Below, in pieces: positions 44,458 through 58,938 of a DNA stretch of 64,000 nucleotides. The DNA lies in NCBI GenBank assembly GCA_951406725.2, contig OX597816.1, positions 92,504,001 to 92,568,000 of the forward strand, given 5' to 3'. Both the position numbers and the translations under genes were made by a program. The DNA comes from Octopus vulgaris (Eukaryota). Within the stretch, counting starts at the first letter, position 1, and every line of letters begins with the position of its first letter. A model generated the notes under the pieces. The model made no database searches, was not told where the DNA came from, and was given only the letters and a program-made list of their open reading frames with translations.

Positions 44458-45916
44458 TGTCTGTGTATATATATATATATATACACACGCACACACACAC
44501 ATGCGTACACGTAAATACGTAAATATACCCACACATAGGTATATGGGATATATAGCGCCTGTGTGTTTGCGCGCACTCTTACAGTGTTTGTGCGTATCGT
44601 AGATGCGTTGAATTTTGAATCGAAGAATTTCATTCCATTTGTTTCATGTCAGCGTTATTTGCATGTTGTAAATTAGACTGGACACTGGATTTGCCATTGT
44701 TACTCTTTGTCGATATTCTGTATGGATTCATTTCGTCTATGATGGAATATTGGGCAGTTACATTTTTCAAAGTTGTTTGTGCGTCATATAAATTGATAAA
44801 GCATGTTTTCTTACAGCATGCCTCAAATGTTTGAAGGGCGACCTTCTTAAATAGTTAAATATGCAGAGACCATTATTGGTGTTCTCAGAAGAAGAATTAA
44901 TGCATATTATTAAGATAAGGCTGATAACACTTCTACTTTGAGAAAGACGCATTTAGATATTTAATTTATATACAGTGGATCCAAAAATGTCATTCACAGA
45001 ATAATGGTCGTAATGTTAATTGAATGTCTATCTGAATGATATATTATATTATATTATATGATTGGATTAAACAACCGATTGACCTTCAGTACATGTTCAG
45101 ATATTTCTTAAAGACACAACGTATTATTAATGCCTAAATCAATAGATTATTTCGCACTAACATATATAATATCATATAATCTAATATCAATTTTATTGTC
45201 GTACAAACACTATTCTATTGACTTGTTTGCATTCATGTAACTGTCGTTGGAACATTGATGGAATTTACTTTACTTCAAATAATCTCATAAATATTTCTGA
45301 AATAATTCACTGATCAGGATAGTTGTTGTATAAAAGTATTAAGATTATAGTCAATTTTCCTTTAATTTGAAAGAAGCGTAATATTTAAATACAATAAAAT
45401 ATATGAATGGAAAATACTTTCATTAACTGGAAATCTTTCTCACTTAAATCATCTACCAGCTTCTTCGTTTGCCTTCATTATGTTTCTAATGGATGAATTA
45501 ATGGAATAGTTGAATGTAGTGATACAATTGCATTAAATCATTGACTTCGCAGTCAATTTCACAGATTTAGTGCGTAATTAACAAGAATAGTTTATCGCAT
45601 TTACAGAAAAAAAAAAATGTTGGTGAAAAATGGAAACTTAATTGCTAAAAACAAAAGTAGACATTGTACTGAAATCGCCTAATTCTTTTGTGCTAAAGAA
45701 TAACAAAAATTTGCTGCAAAAATAAAAATAAATAAAACAAATAACTAGGATAACGAGTTTCAACTAACACTGAAGATGAGCCACGACCATATTCTTTCAT
45801 TGCTTAGGGATACCAAAAGCGTTTTCGTTTATATTAAAAGTTTATTGGACAATAGCAAAATATATTAATTAACCGGAACTTTACGTCCAACAATTACAAG
45901 CATGCACAGATACACA

Positions 45917-45951
<35 letters not shown>

Positions 45952-46640
45952 ATCTTGCTTTCTCTCTCTCTATACCTCTCTTTCTTTCTATCCCTCTTGC
46001 ATTCATATATATATATATACATGCATACACACATATAGACATAGATATGCACTCACACACACAAACATAGTCACATACACACACACACACATATATATGT
46101 GTGTGCAAAAAATGTGTGTGTATATTTTTTTCATATACAAACCTAACCTTTCTTAACGCATGCCTGTGAAAAATTACTGCATTAGGCATTTTTGTATTGG
46201 CTTTTGTGGTCACAAATAGTCAAGGCGTGTGATAGCAAACAGGGCCTAAAGAAGTGCTTAGGTTATTTTTACAGCAACAAAGTGGAAAGGAGATACGGAT
46301 ATTTTCAAAATAATTGTTTATCATTCTATAACACACAATTACTCAATCAGTGCATTGCGCTGCAATATCGTGGTTATATGTAGTTCTAACTTCTCCGAAG
46401 TAGCAGATAATATAATAGGTGTTGGCAGCCATATCTGAATGTGTAAACAGGTTGAGAAATAGATAACTTCGCCATTGATATTTTCAGAAATTGATGTACG
46501 TTGGTGTTAAATAGATAAATAATACATATTGCTGCGTCTTACTGGGACGCGCGCGCACACACACACACACATGCGTACACAAGCACGCACACAGAACACA
46601 ACACACACACACATGTATGTGTGTAGCTAAATATATTCGC

Positions 46641-46785
46641 GCAGGCGTGGCTTTGTGGTAGGACGTTTGCGCCTCAAATACATGGTTCCAGGTTCTGTCG
46701 CACCGCATAGCACGTTCAGCAAGACTTCTACTGTAACCCTCAGTGAACCAAAACCTTGTGAGTGGATTTAGGAGACATAAACTCT

Positions 46786-46838
<53 letters not shown>

Positions 46839-47050
46839 CGTACGCCTTTATCTTTCAGCACCACATGACAACTGGACTTCATATATTTACGTCCCCGCAA
46901 CTTAGCGGGTTGGCGAAATAGATTAATGAAATAAGTACCAGATTTAAAATATAATAAAGAACTATAGTTGGTTTGTTAGATTAAATCCCGGAAGCCGTAA
47001 CCCAAAATGGCGGGCATCTAATGACTGAAACAAGTAACTGATAAAAGAAA
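46641..47050 (+). mobile_element. Degenerate tRNA-SINE
   Basis: gcaggcgtggctttgtggtagg head; atgactgaaacaagtaa tail. Confidence 0.75.
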
Positions 47051-47274
47051 CGAGAATGTTACATTTTGTAAATGAAAGTAGTTAGTTCTCAATTAAGGGA
47101 ACTGATGCTTTGCCCACGTCTTCATTTCTACGGCCTGTGGTCGTTCATAGGTATATGTTACTTATTCAAACGGTTATTTTCCTTCGCGTGTTTACCATTA
47201 GTGAAGTATTCGACACCTCAGATCTCATTACTCGCTGTGTGTATTAGGGCGATCAAGTTAGAAATTCCTAAAAG

Positions 47275-47323
47275 TGTTGGTTTTGCTTAGATAATCTTGC
47301 CATACTTCCACAGTGTCACCACA

Positions 47324-47372
<49 letters not shown>

Positions 47373-47421
47373 CTGTGGTGACACTGTGGAAGTATGGCAA
47401 GATTATCTAAGCAAAACCAAC

Positions 47422-47422
<1 letters not shown>
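47275..47422. repeat. 52-bp perfect inverted repeat around a (TA)n spacer
   Basis: Arms 47275-47326 / 47371-47422. Confidence 0.92.
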
Positions 47423-47475
<53 letters not shown>

Positions 47476-47612
47476 GTGTGTGTGTGTATGTGTGTGTATG
47501 TGTGTGTGTGTGTGTGTGTGTGTAGAAGGTTAAAAAGTAACACACGAGTTGATATGTATAAGGAAAATAATACAAGTTAGAAAGTAGTAAAATAATTACA
47601 TTATTTAGATTA

Positions 47613-47831
47613 TTTACATTTGAGAGATATTTGTCTTCATCTTGCTTGTTGTGAACACAGCGTTTCGGCTTATATGCTCTCCAGCTTTCATCCGGTCGAT
47701 TTGCACGACTAAAAGCGGTGCTCCAGCATAGCCGCAGTCAAATGACTGAAACAAATAAAAGAGTAAAAGAGTAAAAGAGGTGTCTCGGTGGAATGTCGAA
47801 CCTGGGTTCTCATTCCTAAGGTATTTTGCCG

Positions 47832-47894
<63 letters not shown>

Positions 47895-48080
47895 CATCGG
47901 AAAAATACCTTAGGAATGACAACCCAGGTTCGAAATTCCTTCAGGACACCTGATGAAGGCTGGTAAGTACATCAGTCGAAACGTTGCGTTAACAACAAAC
48001 AAAACGAGGACAAATATCCGTCAAATGTAAATAATGTAAATGATGTACATAATTCCTCATCTCTCAAATATAGAACTGTA
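47613..48080 (+). mobile_element. Second copy of the 22324-22870 HHR family (no tRNA head), with a SINE tail nested in the inverted arm (~47697-47778)
   Basis: Inverted arms around (AAT)n; same aatatagaactgta end. Confidence 0.85.
47945..47990 (+). ncRNA. Minimal type I HHR with one stem I mismatch
   Basis: GACAC-CUGAUGA-aGGCUG...CAGUC-GAAACGUU/GCGUU. Confidence 0.7.
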
Positions 48081-48174
48081 GTAAAATTATTTCGTGATAA
48101 AATTACTTTAGCATTTTCTAACTTGTCTTATTTCCCTTATATGTATATATATATTTTTTGTTTGTTTGTTTGTT

Positions 48175-48232
<58 letters not shown>

Positions 48233-49572
48233 TGAGTTTGTGTGCGCGAGCTTGTCTATTGCTGATTCTTCCGACACGTATCCATTGTTAACCCGAGAGA
48301 GAGAGAGAGAGAGATGATACTGTATGGCTGTCCCTTGGAACCTCAGTTACACACACACACGCGCACACACAACACACACGCACACACATATAGTTTACTT
48401 CTCCGCTTAGGTAAGATCGACAAAAAGTAATCTATTTGGTGAGATTGTTTAATGTACACAATATATAGTCATAAACAACTAACAGTTTCATACATTGAAG
48501 ATGTTATTTAGATAGGTTTTTAAAACACGCCTGGGGTCTCCAAGTAATCTTAAGGCTCTGATGTCACACTTCCCTTTGCTATTTTCAGTATTGATTTCTT
48601 TTTCTAAGAACGAGAACAATTTTGTCTGTATAGGTAGTACAGTCAACCAACTGAATCTTATAATAATCCTGTTTGTCATTCCGTTACTTAGCCTGTCGGT
48701 AACACTTTCACATGATTAGATAAAACAAAGGGAGATAAAAAAGAGCGAGAGAGAAACAGACAGAGAGAAGCGTTCATGACGTCAGGCAGCGGGAATGTAA
48801 TTGTAATGCTTTCACGTGATTAGTTAAAGGTAAAGAGATAACAAGAGGGAGAAAGGAAATAGGAGGGAGAAAAAGAGGACAAGGCGAGGAGTGAGACAGA
48901 AAGAGGGAAAAAGAAAAAGTGGGAGAGAGAAAAAAAGAGAGAGAAAAAGAGGGAGAGAGAAGTGTGCATGGCGTGAGTTAAGAGGAACATACTATTCATT
49001 GCGTGGTTAAAAAGTTAGTTGACGGTAGTGGTGATATAGAGGAAGAGAGTAAAAATATAACTTTAGCAGAAGGGTGATGTAATGATGGTGAGGTTAAAGA
49101 AAGGCAGAGAGGGAGAAGGGGAGATGATGATGCTGGTGGTCGTGGCGATTGGATAGTGAAAAGTATAATTTTTAAAATTTTGAACCAAGTTATTTATAGC
49201 ACCTACCACTTAACACATGCGCATAAGAGCAATTCTGTGAAATATTCACGCTTATTTAAGTAGCAGATATATGCAATTTAACTAAAGGTTGTATCATATG
49301 TAACAAATATTTTTTTTCTTTTTCTTTAAGGAAAAAATGGAAAAATCAGAGTGAATATTTATGAGTGTTATGTATTAAGTCTATAAAATTATGCATAAAG
49401 CATATAAAATGTATATATAAAGTGCATTAAGTAATCATTGTATTCCAATTTCTTTCACTTTTCGATGAGTAGCAGATGAGCGACTATATTTCCATACAGA
49501 CACAATACTGGCTACGCTTCCAGTTTTTGGGATAAAGTTTTCAGAAATAACCCAATAAATTTACCATTAATT

Positions 49573-49598
49573 CCGTGAAATATTCACGGGTGCGCTAG
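49573..49598 (+). mobile_element. Helitron-like 3' terminus; 5' end not resolved
   Basis: Hairpin ccgtgaa-ata-ttcacgg then CTAG|T; similar hairpin near 49234-49251. Confidence 0.55.
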
Positions 49599-52500
49599 TT
49601 ATAATTAATCACTATATTAGGCAGGTGAACGTATAAATGGCATTGATAAAAATAGTACTTTCTTTGATTTGATACAAGTACCTACATTTTTAGGGGATAT
49701 GAAATAAGATGGTGCTTTTCCATAGTGTGAAATGCCTTGATTTCAGAGTAGAAAGTGTATCTCGAGCACAGCTGCTTGAAGTACTAATGTTGTATTGAGA
49801 AAAGAAACATTTTTTTTTTCTTTACACACACACTCCGATTACATTTTTCTGTATTAACAGCGAGATGTTATTTTATTGATAATATCTAATCACAGACCGT
49901 TTATGCATTTAATCAGCTATCTATAGAGATCTGGGGATTTGCACGGGTATGCTAAACCTAATAATAATCGGAAATCTAACATATGAAAATGTGGGAAAGA
50001 TATAAATGTTTACAAGTAAAAGTTAATCGTTGGAAAAATTATTTTATAAAGAACAACAAATTTAAGATGTATAGGTAATTAATCCGTTTAATTCGTGTTC
50101 TGCTATATTAATTTCAATAAAAGTGGGATGATTAGTGTATTACATAAAGTAAAGTCTGACAAATATGAGTTTAGACTTGAGTCTGAGATACATTTAATCA
50201 CTGCTCTGCTATTGAATCTTCCCTATTGTAATTGCTCAAAAGGGAGTTGCGGTAAATTATTGCAGCATTAGTAGTACATTTGAAATGATTTCGTGATTGA
50301 GCAGAGTAACGCTGACACTAGTGGTATTGGAAATTAAAATCTGAAAGAAGCAGGAATATTCAGTAATTTACATTGTCCAGTGAACTGCTGTCTTGGCCAT
50401 CTATAACTCCCTGTTAATGTTAACACCAGAGCTAGCTTATGATCTTGTTACACGTTTTTGACCGGTTTATTGAACATTTATTTGCAACATGATGCAAATT
50501 AAAACAACCTTGTTAAGAATTATATGCGCTGTTTTGGAGTATTCATGCATGGCATTGATGGCGCTTCTCTGCCTTTAATATTAACATCTGCTGGTAGATT
50601 ACTCTTCAATTACAAATTCCTCATTGAAAATAATCAATACACTGTTTGGTTTATAGCTTATTTTTTCCTTAACTTTTTGTTGTTCCCTTTACTCAATTCG
50701 TTACATTCAATTATATTATATTCTCTTATTTTCTACCGGTTTTTATTTCATTTTATATATGCTTGAATTCTGTCTTCTTTTTTAATATTCGAATTCAATA
50801 TATTTTGTCGGTGGAAAAAAGGGAAAACATCAAGATTTTTCTATTGATGAACTAATTTGAAAGAAACTGTTGTTAATTAGAAAATCCAATGCTCTTAGAT
50901 GAACGAGCTATGTTGTTTGTATAATAAATTTGCCTTTTGAAAATAAAAAATTTACACCTCTGAAAAATGAAAGTAAAAAGTAGCAAGTCTTTAATTAATC
51001 AGCAAAAAGGTCAATGAATTTTTTTCATCGACTTATGACTCAATAAAATTTTATAAATTACAGATTAAAATGAGAAGAAGAAAAATATATAATTCGAGTT
51101 TATATTTTTCCGTTAACTTATTGAAGTATTTACCAATTTCAAACTGTATGAAACAAAAATATTCTAAGCTTGGGTTGTTCAAAATCTATTGCAAGTAAGA
51201 GAATTTAAAACATCACTATGGATAAATCTTTATAGTAAAAACAAAAACAGTGCATTTAAGAAGACCGAAAGAAAATAGAATAGATACATTTTTTGTGTAA
51301 CAGCTAATGATGGAAAGTTCGTATCCAAGATGATTCATTAGGTCTAGTAATATACATGTTACAAGAGAGGGAGAATAGTTTTGTCGTTGGATGAGATATC
51401 TGTCATTATGTTGACATACATAAAGTGTCGAGGAGTATCATACTTGTGTTTTATCACTCGTCTCGGAATTACCAATTTTCAAAACAGTTTAGCGCTCACA
51501 TACACTGTACTAACGCACGTGTGCAGACGCACGCACACACACACACATGTTAGTTTTTAAGTATATTAAGTGTGTATTCCTTCTATTTGAACCTACACGT
51601 ATCATGTCTAACTTAAATGATTACAGAGAAAGCTGAACCTATTATTGAATTTATACTCATACTGGTTCGTTATTGAACAAGAAACAGCAAGATTCCAACG
51701 TTAGCAAATTTAGCGGGAAATTAGACTTAGAAACTGAACGCCGTCTCTTCATACATGGCAGAATTGCTGATGACTGGATTGTGAGTATGACACATAATTT
51801 AATCGTTTAACATTCGCATACAAATCTGTACATGGACAGTCCTGCTAGTCCTGCTAGTGCTGCTGGCTACAAAGAATACTACAAAGAAAAATAACTTCTT
51901 TCTCTAATCAGCAGCGACAAAGTAATATTTTAAAATGTTGTGTTAGCTTGAAGGGATTAAGTCAGTTCTTTTCGAGCAGATAGTCAACTTGATAAAAGAA
52001 AAATAACTTGCTCAAGATACACTACAAAAAATAATATTTTCAGAGCTTCGGCTCAATTGTTCGAGAAAATCAATAATATATATGAACTATTAGATATTTG
52101 ACTAATTAGCTAACAGTAGGTTTATATTCCAAAGTTCATCCTTTGGCAATTTGTTACATTCTGTGACTTTTCATAGAAAATGTGCTTATTATTAAGGTAT
52201 GAACTCTTTGAAAATAACGAAATTCAGCTAACCACTTCACTTACATTACTATTTGTACATTGAAACACAATTTGTAACGATCATAGAACAATTTGTAATA
52301 GTCGTCACAGGGACTATATAGTTTCCCATAAAATTGAAAAGGAGTAATGTTTTCTATTTTTAATAATGAAATATGCAATAATTATTCCGAAAGGTCAATA
52401 TCTAAACATTTTTCAGGCTAAATTTAATTTATCTATAAGATGCAACAGTTGTTTCATAAATATAATCTGCAGAACATATCAAATGATATTTAGTATTTCT

Positions 52501-52619
52501 ATATTGTAAAATATTGTCTTTCAGTTTCCGTATTCAGTATTTATCCTAAATCTTAGCACAGTTTTATAACAACTAAATTTTAATAACTATATTTTCACTT
52601 GACCAATATAACTATATGA

Positions 52620-54004
52620 TTTTATGGGGATTAATGTTTGTGTGCATTCATTAGAGTGAACTACATGGAAAAGATTGTGTTAATTCTCCTTTACTTTAGG
52701 CCTTTTATTTCATTTCCTGTTAATATGATATTTATAATAATACAAGTGGTTCACATGTTTTATGTGGTTTCTGGTTGGAAGGTCTTAATCATTTGTTGCA
52801 CTCCCGAAACTTTCAACCATAGTTTAGAATCCTGCGCATTGCAGATAATGTTGCGGTCAATTCCAACACTTTCAACCGTAGTTCAGAATCATGCGCTTTG
52901 TAGCCAATGTTGTGGTCATTCCAATTTTACTCAATGTTTTCACGGAATTTCTTATCATCGTTGTATCAACTTCGAATCCTATAGTATTTTTTTAGTTTAA
53001 TCTTTAGCCTTTTCAGGTTGTATTGCCTTTCTCTCTAAAACTGTGTGCTATTTTATTTTCTGATTTATATTGAAAGTATCTTTGGGGATAATGCTTTTCT
53101 TTTTGTCTTCTTATTTGTATTAGATTCCAATTTTCTTCACGAGATATTTAATATTCTTCATATGAATATTTTATGATAGTTTTCTAGCTGTATAAACCCT
53201 GCATATTTCTGCATTATTGGTAAATATAATATTTTCTGCGTCAAAGTTTTTTTCGTGTATTCTAAATGAAACCAATGTTTATTTTATTTTCTGAACAGCT
53301 CCAGCTGTCCATTTATTGTCCAAGTTATTGCTTATTACTTGGGCAGGTGGAGCATTGACGTCAACTACCCAGCATTTTGCACCTAGCTCTGTTTCAAGCA
53401 TTAAACTAATCATCTGTAATATTTGCAAGTCGGTATTTGGTAAAATTCTCTTTTTCTTTATCTACCATGACAGTGTTCTTAAATTCCTGTTCAAGATTGC
53501 CTTGGTTGATTTTAAAAAGTAAATTTTATATTTGTGCCTCTAGCAAACCAGTGTACTCTCTGCAGCAGTTGTTCCAGTGTTTATCATGTACAGCAGGCTC
53601 CATGGTTGATTCTTTTTCTATAGGATTTATAACCGAACTGAGTCTGGTTTAATGTCCGCAAAATATGTTTGACATTAATCAGAAAAAATAGTTGAAGCAG
53701 GTTTCCCTTTGGTATACTCCCTTTCTAAAACAATCAGGCTTAGTTTTGTATTTCCATTATATTTATCTCCAAAATACTTTGCCATTGAATCATTACATAC
53801 CCATAATCTATGTTACCTTATTTAAAGAAAACGTTTTCAGGTTTAGCAAGATGCATAACTTTCAAAATCCTCCTTGTGGATGCTTCTTTGTTTTCAGTCT
53901 TCAGTGTTTTTTTATGGCTTTGTTAATTTGTGTTTGAATTTTATAGCCATGTGTATCATTGCAATATAACATCTGCTGTTATATATACATATGTGTGTGT
54001 GTGA

Positions 54005-54059
<55 letters not shown>

Positions 54060-54183
54060 ACGTATATATATGTATATATGTATATACATATATTAATATT
54101 ATTTAGCAGCTGCTTCTCATCTTGTTCTTGTTCTTGTTTTTCTTGTTCTTCCTCTTGTTGTTGTTGTTCTTCTTCTTCTTCTT

Positions 54184-54243
<60 letters not shown>

Positions 54244-55750
54244 TTTCTTCTTCGTCGTCGTCGACCTATTTTCCTCTTCATTCTCCCTCACATAAACTCT
54301 ACCACACTTACTCATCCCATAACCACACTTTCATTTATTTTTGTTTCCTCCCGATATAAGCCAAAACAACAAGAAGACGCACAATGCAGCAACACGCCTT
54401 TGATGCAATTCTGATGAAGTGCTACTCTAATGTCTTAAACCACAAATATTACGTAAATTTTGACTTCGAATTTTTGCATTTGCTCATACATACACACATA
54501 CATACATGCATTCATGCAAACATACATACACTATATATATATATATATGTGTATGTGTGTGTGTGTGTGTATATATATTCTTTTATTTGTGAAATGACAA
54601 ATAAGAAAATGTCGTACCCTCATACGTCGTCTAACGACGTTAGAGTCCCTTATATTCATCCTCTAGTACCTCATTGCTGCAAAGTTTTCTATGCTAAGGA
54701 AAGTAGGTTATGAACTGTGGCTCTTTCCTTGTTGAACCAGGGGGAATGTTGGTTTAGACTCCCTCCACGAATCTCTTACTAAACATCTCAGAGACCATAT
54801 TATGTGTCCCTGTTCAGTATTCTCATCTAGAAACTTTTAGATCTGAACATTTTGCATTTTCTTCTTTCTGCTGTGTCTTTGGATCTTTTTTGTTTCTTTT
54901 TGTATCTTAATGCAACTTCAGTGATAAACATTCACACAACTGCTCAAATGCAGCGTTTATTATTCTGCAGAATCAATTGTGCGGTGACAGTATCACTGTC
55001 CATAATTCTCCACAGAAATCTTTTATTTCTTTTAATTTGGTTCCTTTTATATTTTAATCCAATTCTTCTGAAAATATTTTGGGGCTGCATCACATAGCTT
55101 GTGTTGTTCAAAATTAAATGCTGCCATGCTGAAAAATTTCATTGCGATTACGCGAGAATATCTTGAGTAAAGAGATTCGAAATTTTCGAAATTTTATGTA
55201 TGTTTACTATTTATTTGTTATTCTTTCTTACTATTGTCATTTTCATGATAGATTTCATTATGTCTTTTTCCCATGCTATTTTCTTGGGTTTTCATTTGTT
55301 CTATAAGTAAATCCGTTTTCTTTCTTTAAGAGTTTATCTTTTCATCGGTTAACATGGCATTCTGTATATTAAGCTTCGGTTTTATCTTTCTCATAATTTC
55401 AGATATTGTTCTTCCTTTCGCCATACAACTGCCTGTTACTTCAGCCATTGTTTTGATATATATTGCATTCATTGAAGACAGAAAATGATTTATTCTTCAT
55501 GTGTTGTAACAGTTTGAATTAGCTACCATTGTTTTTACTAGATAAGTTTATAGTCCTACAGAGAATATTTTATAATAGCTTTCCAGTTGCATAATGTTTC
55601 GAACTCCTCATATTCGTAGCAAATATAATCTTTCCTTGACAGATTTTTGCTAGTGTATTCTAAATGCAGTTACTATTTTTGATGTATTTTTCTCTTTCTG
55701 CGTTTGTCCTGAATTTCTTATCATTGTTTCGATAAACAAGTAAAAAGAAA
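52620..55750 (-). pseudogene. Decayed non-LTR RT, probably REL-endonuclease type, interrupted by microsatellites
   Basis: In minus-strand order: WRESKPTFPL (~54770), VV*DIRVA (~54440), KGVYQRE (~53720), FADI (~53660), HIIC (~52845). Confidence 0.5.
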
Positions 55751-56070
55751 AGAGCAATGAGTTACATTTCCCAGTCCTTAGACAAATAACAAAGACGAAC
55801 ATCATTTGTTTTCTTTCTCCGTCACTCACTCTCTCATTAAATGTGTATGATGTGTTTTGTATGTGTGTGTGCGTATGTGTGTGTGTATGTGTTCATGCAT
55901 GAGAGTGTATACATACGTGTGTGAGTGTATATATATATATATATATATATATAGGGAGAGAGGGAGAAATATATGTATGTGCGTATTCTGTATAATGACT
56001 GTATTCTGTAGACACAACTCACACACATACACATATATATATATGCGTGTATATATATATATATATATAT

Positions 56071-56487
56071 ATTAATCAAAATAAAAACATGATGCCAAGG
56101 ATTCAGCGGTACATATGTTTCGGGCCTTTATTAGACGGATTTATAACAATGCATTATGTGTGTGTCTATGGCCTTCTTCAGCCGCGTACTTCAAGTGAGA
56201 GATGGACGCTTCGCTTTTGTGCTGGTGCCCCACTCTGTCGTACGCGACTGTGAAGATTTGCATCCCCAACGTAAAACTTATAATGTAATACATGTCCTTG
56301 AAGTAGCAATTGTACGCGACTGAAGAAGGCCATAGACACACTTTATGCATTGTTATAAATCCGAAACATATGTACCGCTGAATCCTTGGCATCATGTTTT
56401 TATTTTGATTAATATACTCTACCACCTACACCACTAAATGGTATATACAGGTGCTTACAATTATCAAGTATTCACCCTGAATTTTTG
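56071..56487 (+). mobile_element. Fold-back HHR element between (TA)n tracts
   Basis: Inverted arms ~56071-56189 / 56312-56413; spacer; unique tail 56417-56487. Confidence 0.85.
56106..56185 (-). ncRNA. Type I HHR; + copy at 56316-56378 lacks the stem II 3' arm
   Basis: GCGG-CUGAAGA-aGGCC...GGCCc-GAAA-CAUAUG-UA/CCGC. Confidence 0.75.
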
Positions 56488-56491
56488 TATA

Positions 56492-56524
<33 letters not shown>

Positions 56525-57081
56525 ATAAAATGTATACAAACAGATATATCTGTATATATAAATTTTTCCATATATATATATATATGCAAATAAATTTATA
56601 TAAATATATATTTATATACATATGTATACATATATATAAGCACACAACACACGCACATACACACACACATATATATATATATATACATATATACACAAAT
56701 CCACAACTAGATATAGGTGTATATGTCTTCTTGAGAGTGTGTTTGTGAATGTGTGAGTGAATATGAATGAGAAGTATATGGATGATATTTTAGTCTTTTG
56801 CTTAGAGATGGCAATTGCTAAGTGCGTGTCAGTTGACCACTTTCTTTGTCTGAAAACCCATGGCATTAGAGATTCTACTAAAACATTTAGTTACATATTC
56901 CAGTGTACCAATAATTATAGGTATAAATATATATTTATATTCCAGCTACAAACATTATAAGTTTACGAGCATTTGATCATAAATTCTCAAATTCCCATTG
57001 ACTTTGAAAATCGTGGTTATATCTGCAGGACACCAATCGTTTATATCTGTCTATCTGTCTGTCTATACATACACACACACA

Positions 57082-57141
<60 letters not shown>

Positions 57142-57299
57142 GAGTATATATATGTATATATACATATATATACATACGCATATACATATATGTATGTACA
57201 CACACGCACACAGATACATATGTACATATATAAATATACAAATACATATATATGTATATATATATGTGTGTGTATATATATATATATATGTGTATATAC

Positions 57300-57351
<52 letters not shown>

Positions 57352-57419
57352 ATGTGTGTATTTGTATGTGTATGTACATATGTATGTAACTATGTGTATG
57401 TCCTTATATATCATTTACG

Positions 57420-58080
57420 TTTGAAACAACTATATTACGTGTATTATGGTTACATCTGGCGGAACTTTTCATGGGAATTTTCCAACAAAATTCCGATGTC
57501 AAAATATATGCATTCTTTTCTTCTTTTTCTGAATTCAACCATTGAATCGACACAATACCGGGATACGAACTTCATGTATTCATGAACAGAGTTATTTTCT
57601 ATATTTATCCCAGGATATTTATTAGTTATTTTCCGGCGGACGGCATAGTATATTGTTAAAGCATCAACATCTTGCCGCATAATAGTATATTAATGACGTA
57701 TTTCAGTAGCTGCTGATTACATTTGTTATATCTTACACAAAACTATGACATAATCGATATTTTTGGTTGCTTCTTATAGTGTTAAATGCGTCGCTGTATC
57801 TTTTGTTCAATGTATATTTTGTAGCTATCTCCTGTTCTTCCATAGAGCATTCAGAGCATTCAAATATGATGCGATGTAACAATTATGAGCCTAAAGAGGT
57901 CACACCTCCTGTCGGTGTTAGTATCCTCCTCAAAATCACAGCAAATATACAAACCTATGCATACCAAACTATGCATAGATTTCGTCTTCGAAATGTCCTT
58001 TATAAAGTAATAGTCAACTCCATCGCAGCGAGAGAGGAACCTGCAAACCATGTGTTCGCTAAGTCAATAACCTAACCATA
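57420..58080 (-). pseudogene. Possible decayed Penelope-like RT between TA-rich tracts
   Basis: In order: GVTSLGS (cf. DVxSLYT), I*QM*SAAT (cf. YxQxxGxAMG), [16 protein letters not shown] (cf. FLD); very degenerate. Confidence 0.35.
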
Positions 58081-58173
58081 AACTACACTCCCAAACACAT
58101 GCACACACATGTATGCATGCGTGTATATATATATATATATATATACATACATAAATATATATATATATATATA

Positions 58174-58243
<70 letters not shown>

Positions 58244-58374
58244 TATGTGTATATATATATGTAGATATATCTATCTATATGTATATCTATGTATGCTTAT
58301 AAATGTTATGTACGTATATGCGTATATGTATGATGTGTATGAGCATATATAAATATATATATATATGTATATAT

Positions 58375-58795
58375 TCTTTCATTCTTTTACTTGTATTAGT
58401 TATATGACTGTGACCATGCTGGAGCACCGCCTTAGTCGAGCAAATCGACGTATTCTGTCAGTCCCTATTGTCGAACCGCTATATTCAGAGAACGTAAACA
58501 CACCAGCATCGGTTGTCAAGCGATATTGGGGAAAACACAGACGCGCAAAGATATACACACACGCGAAGACACACACACTAACACTCACACACACACCACA
58601 CAAAGACACACACACACACACACGTATATACATATATATATATATATATACGACAGGCTTCTTTCAGTTTCCGTCTACCAAATCCACTTACAAAGCTTTG
58701 GTTGGCTCGACGCTATAGTAGAAGACACTTGCCCAAGATGCCACGCAATGGGACTGAACCCGGAACCACGTGGTTGGTAAGCAAGCTACTTACGC
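58375..58795 (-). mobile_element. tRNA-derived SINE
   Basis: Same family as 14681-15069. Confidence 0.85.
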
Positions 58796-58886
58796 CTAAA
58801 TATATGTATATATATATATATACATACACATATATAAATATTCATGTATATATATATTTATATATATATACATACACACATTTGTA

Positions 58887-58938
<52 letters not shown>

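Noticed and set aside
53885-54420. CTGAAGA-ct-GAAA (~53890, minus) and CTGATGA (~54411)
   Set aside because: Inside a LINE relic; no stems
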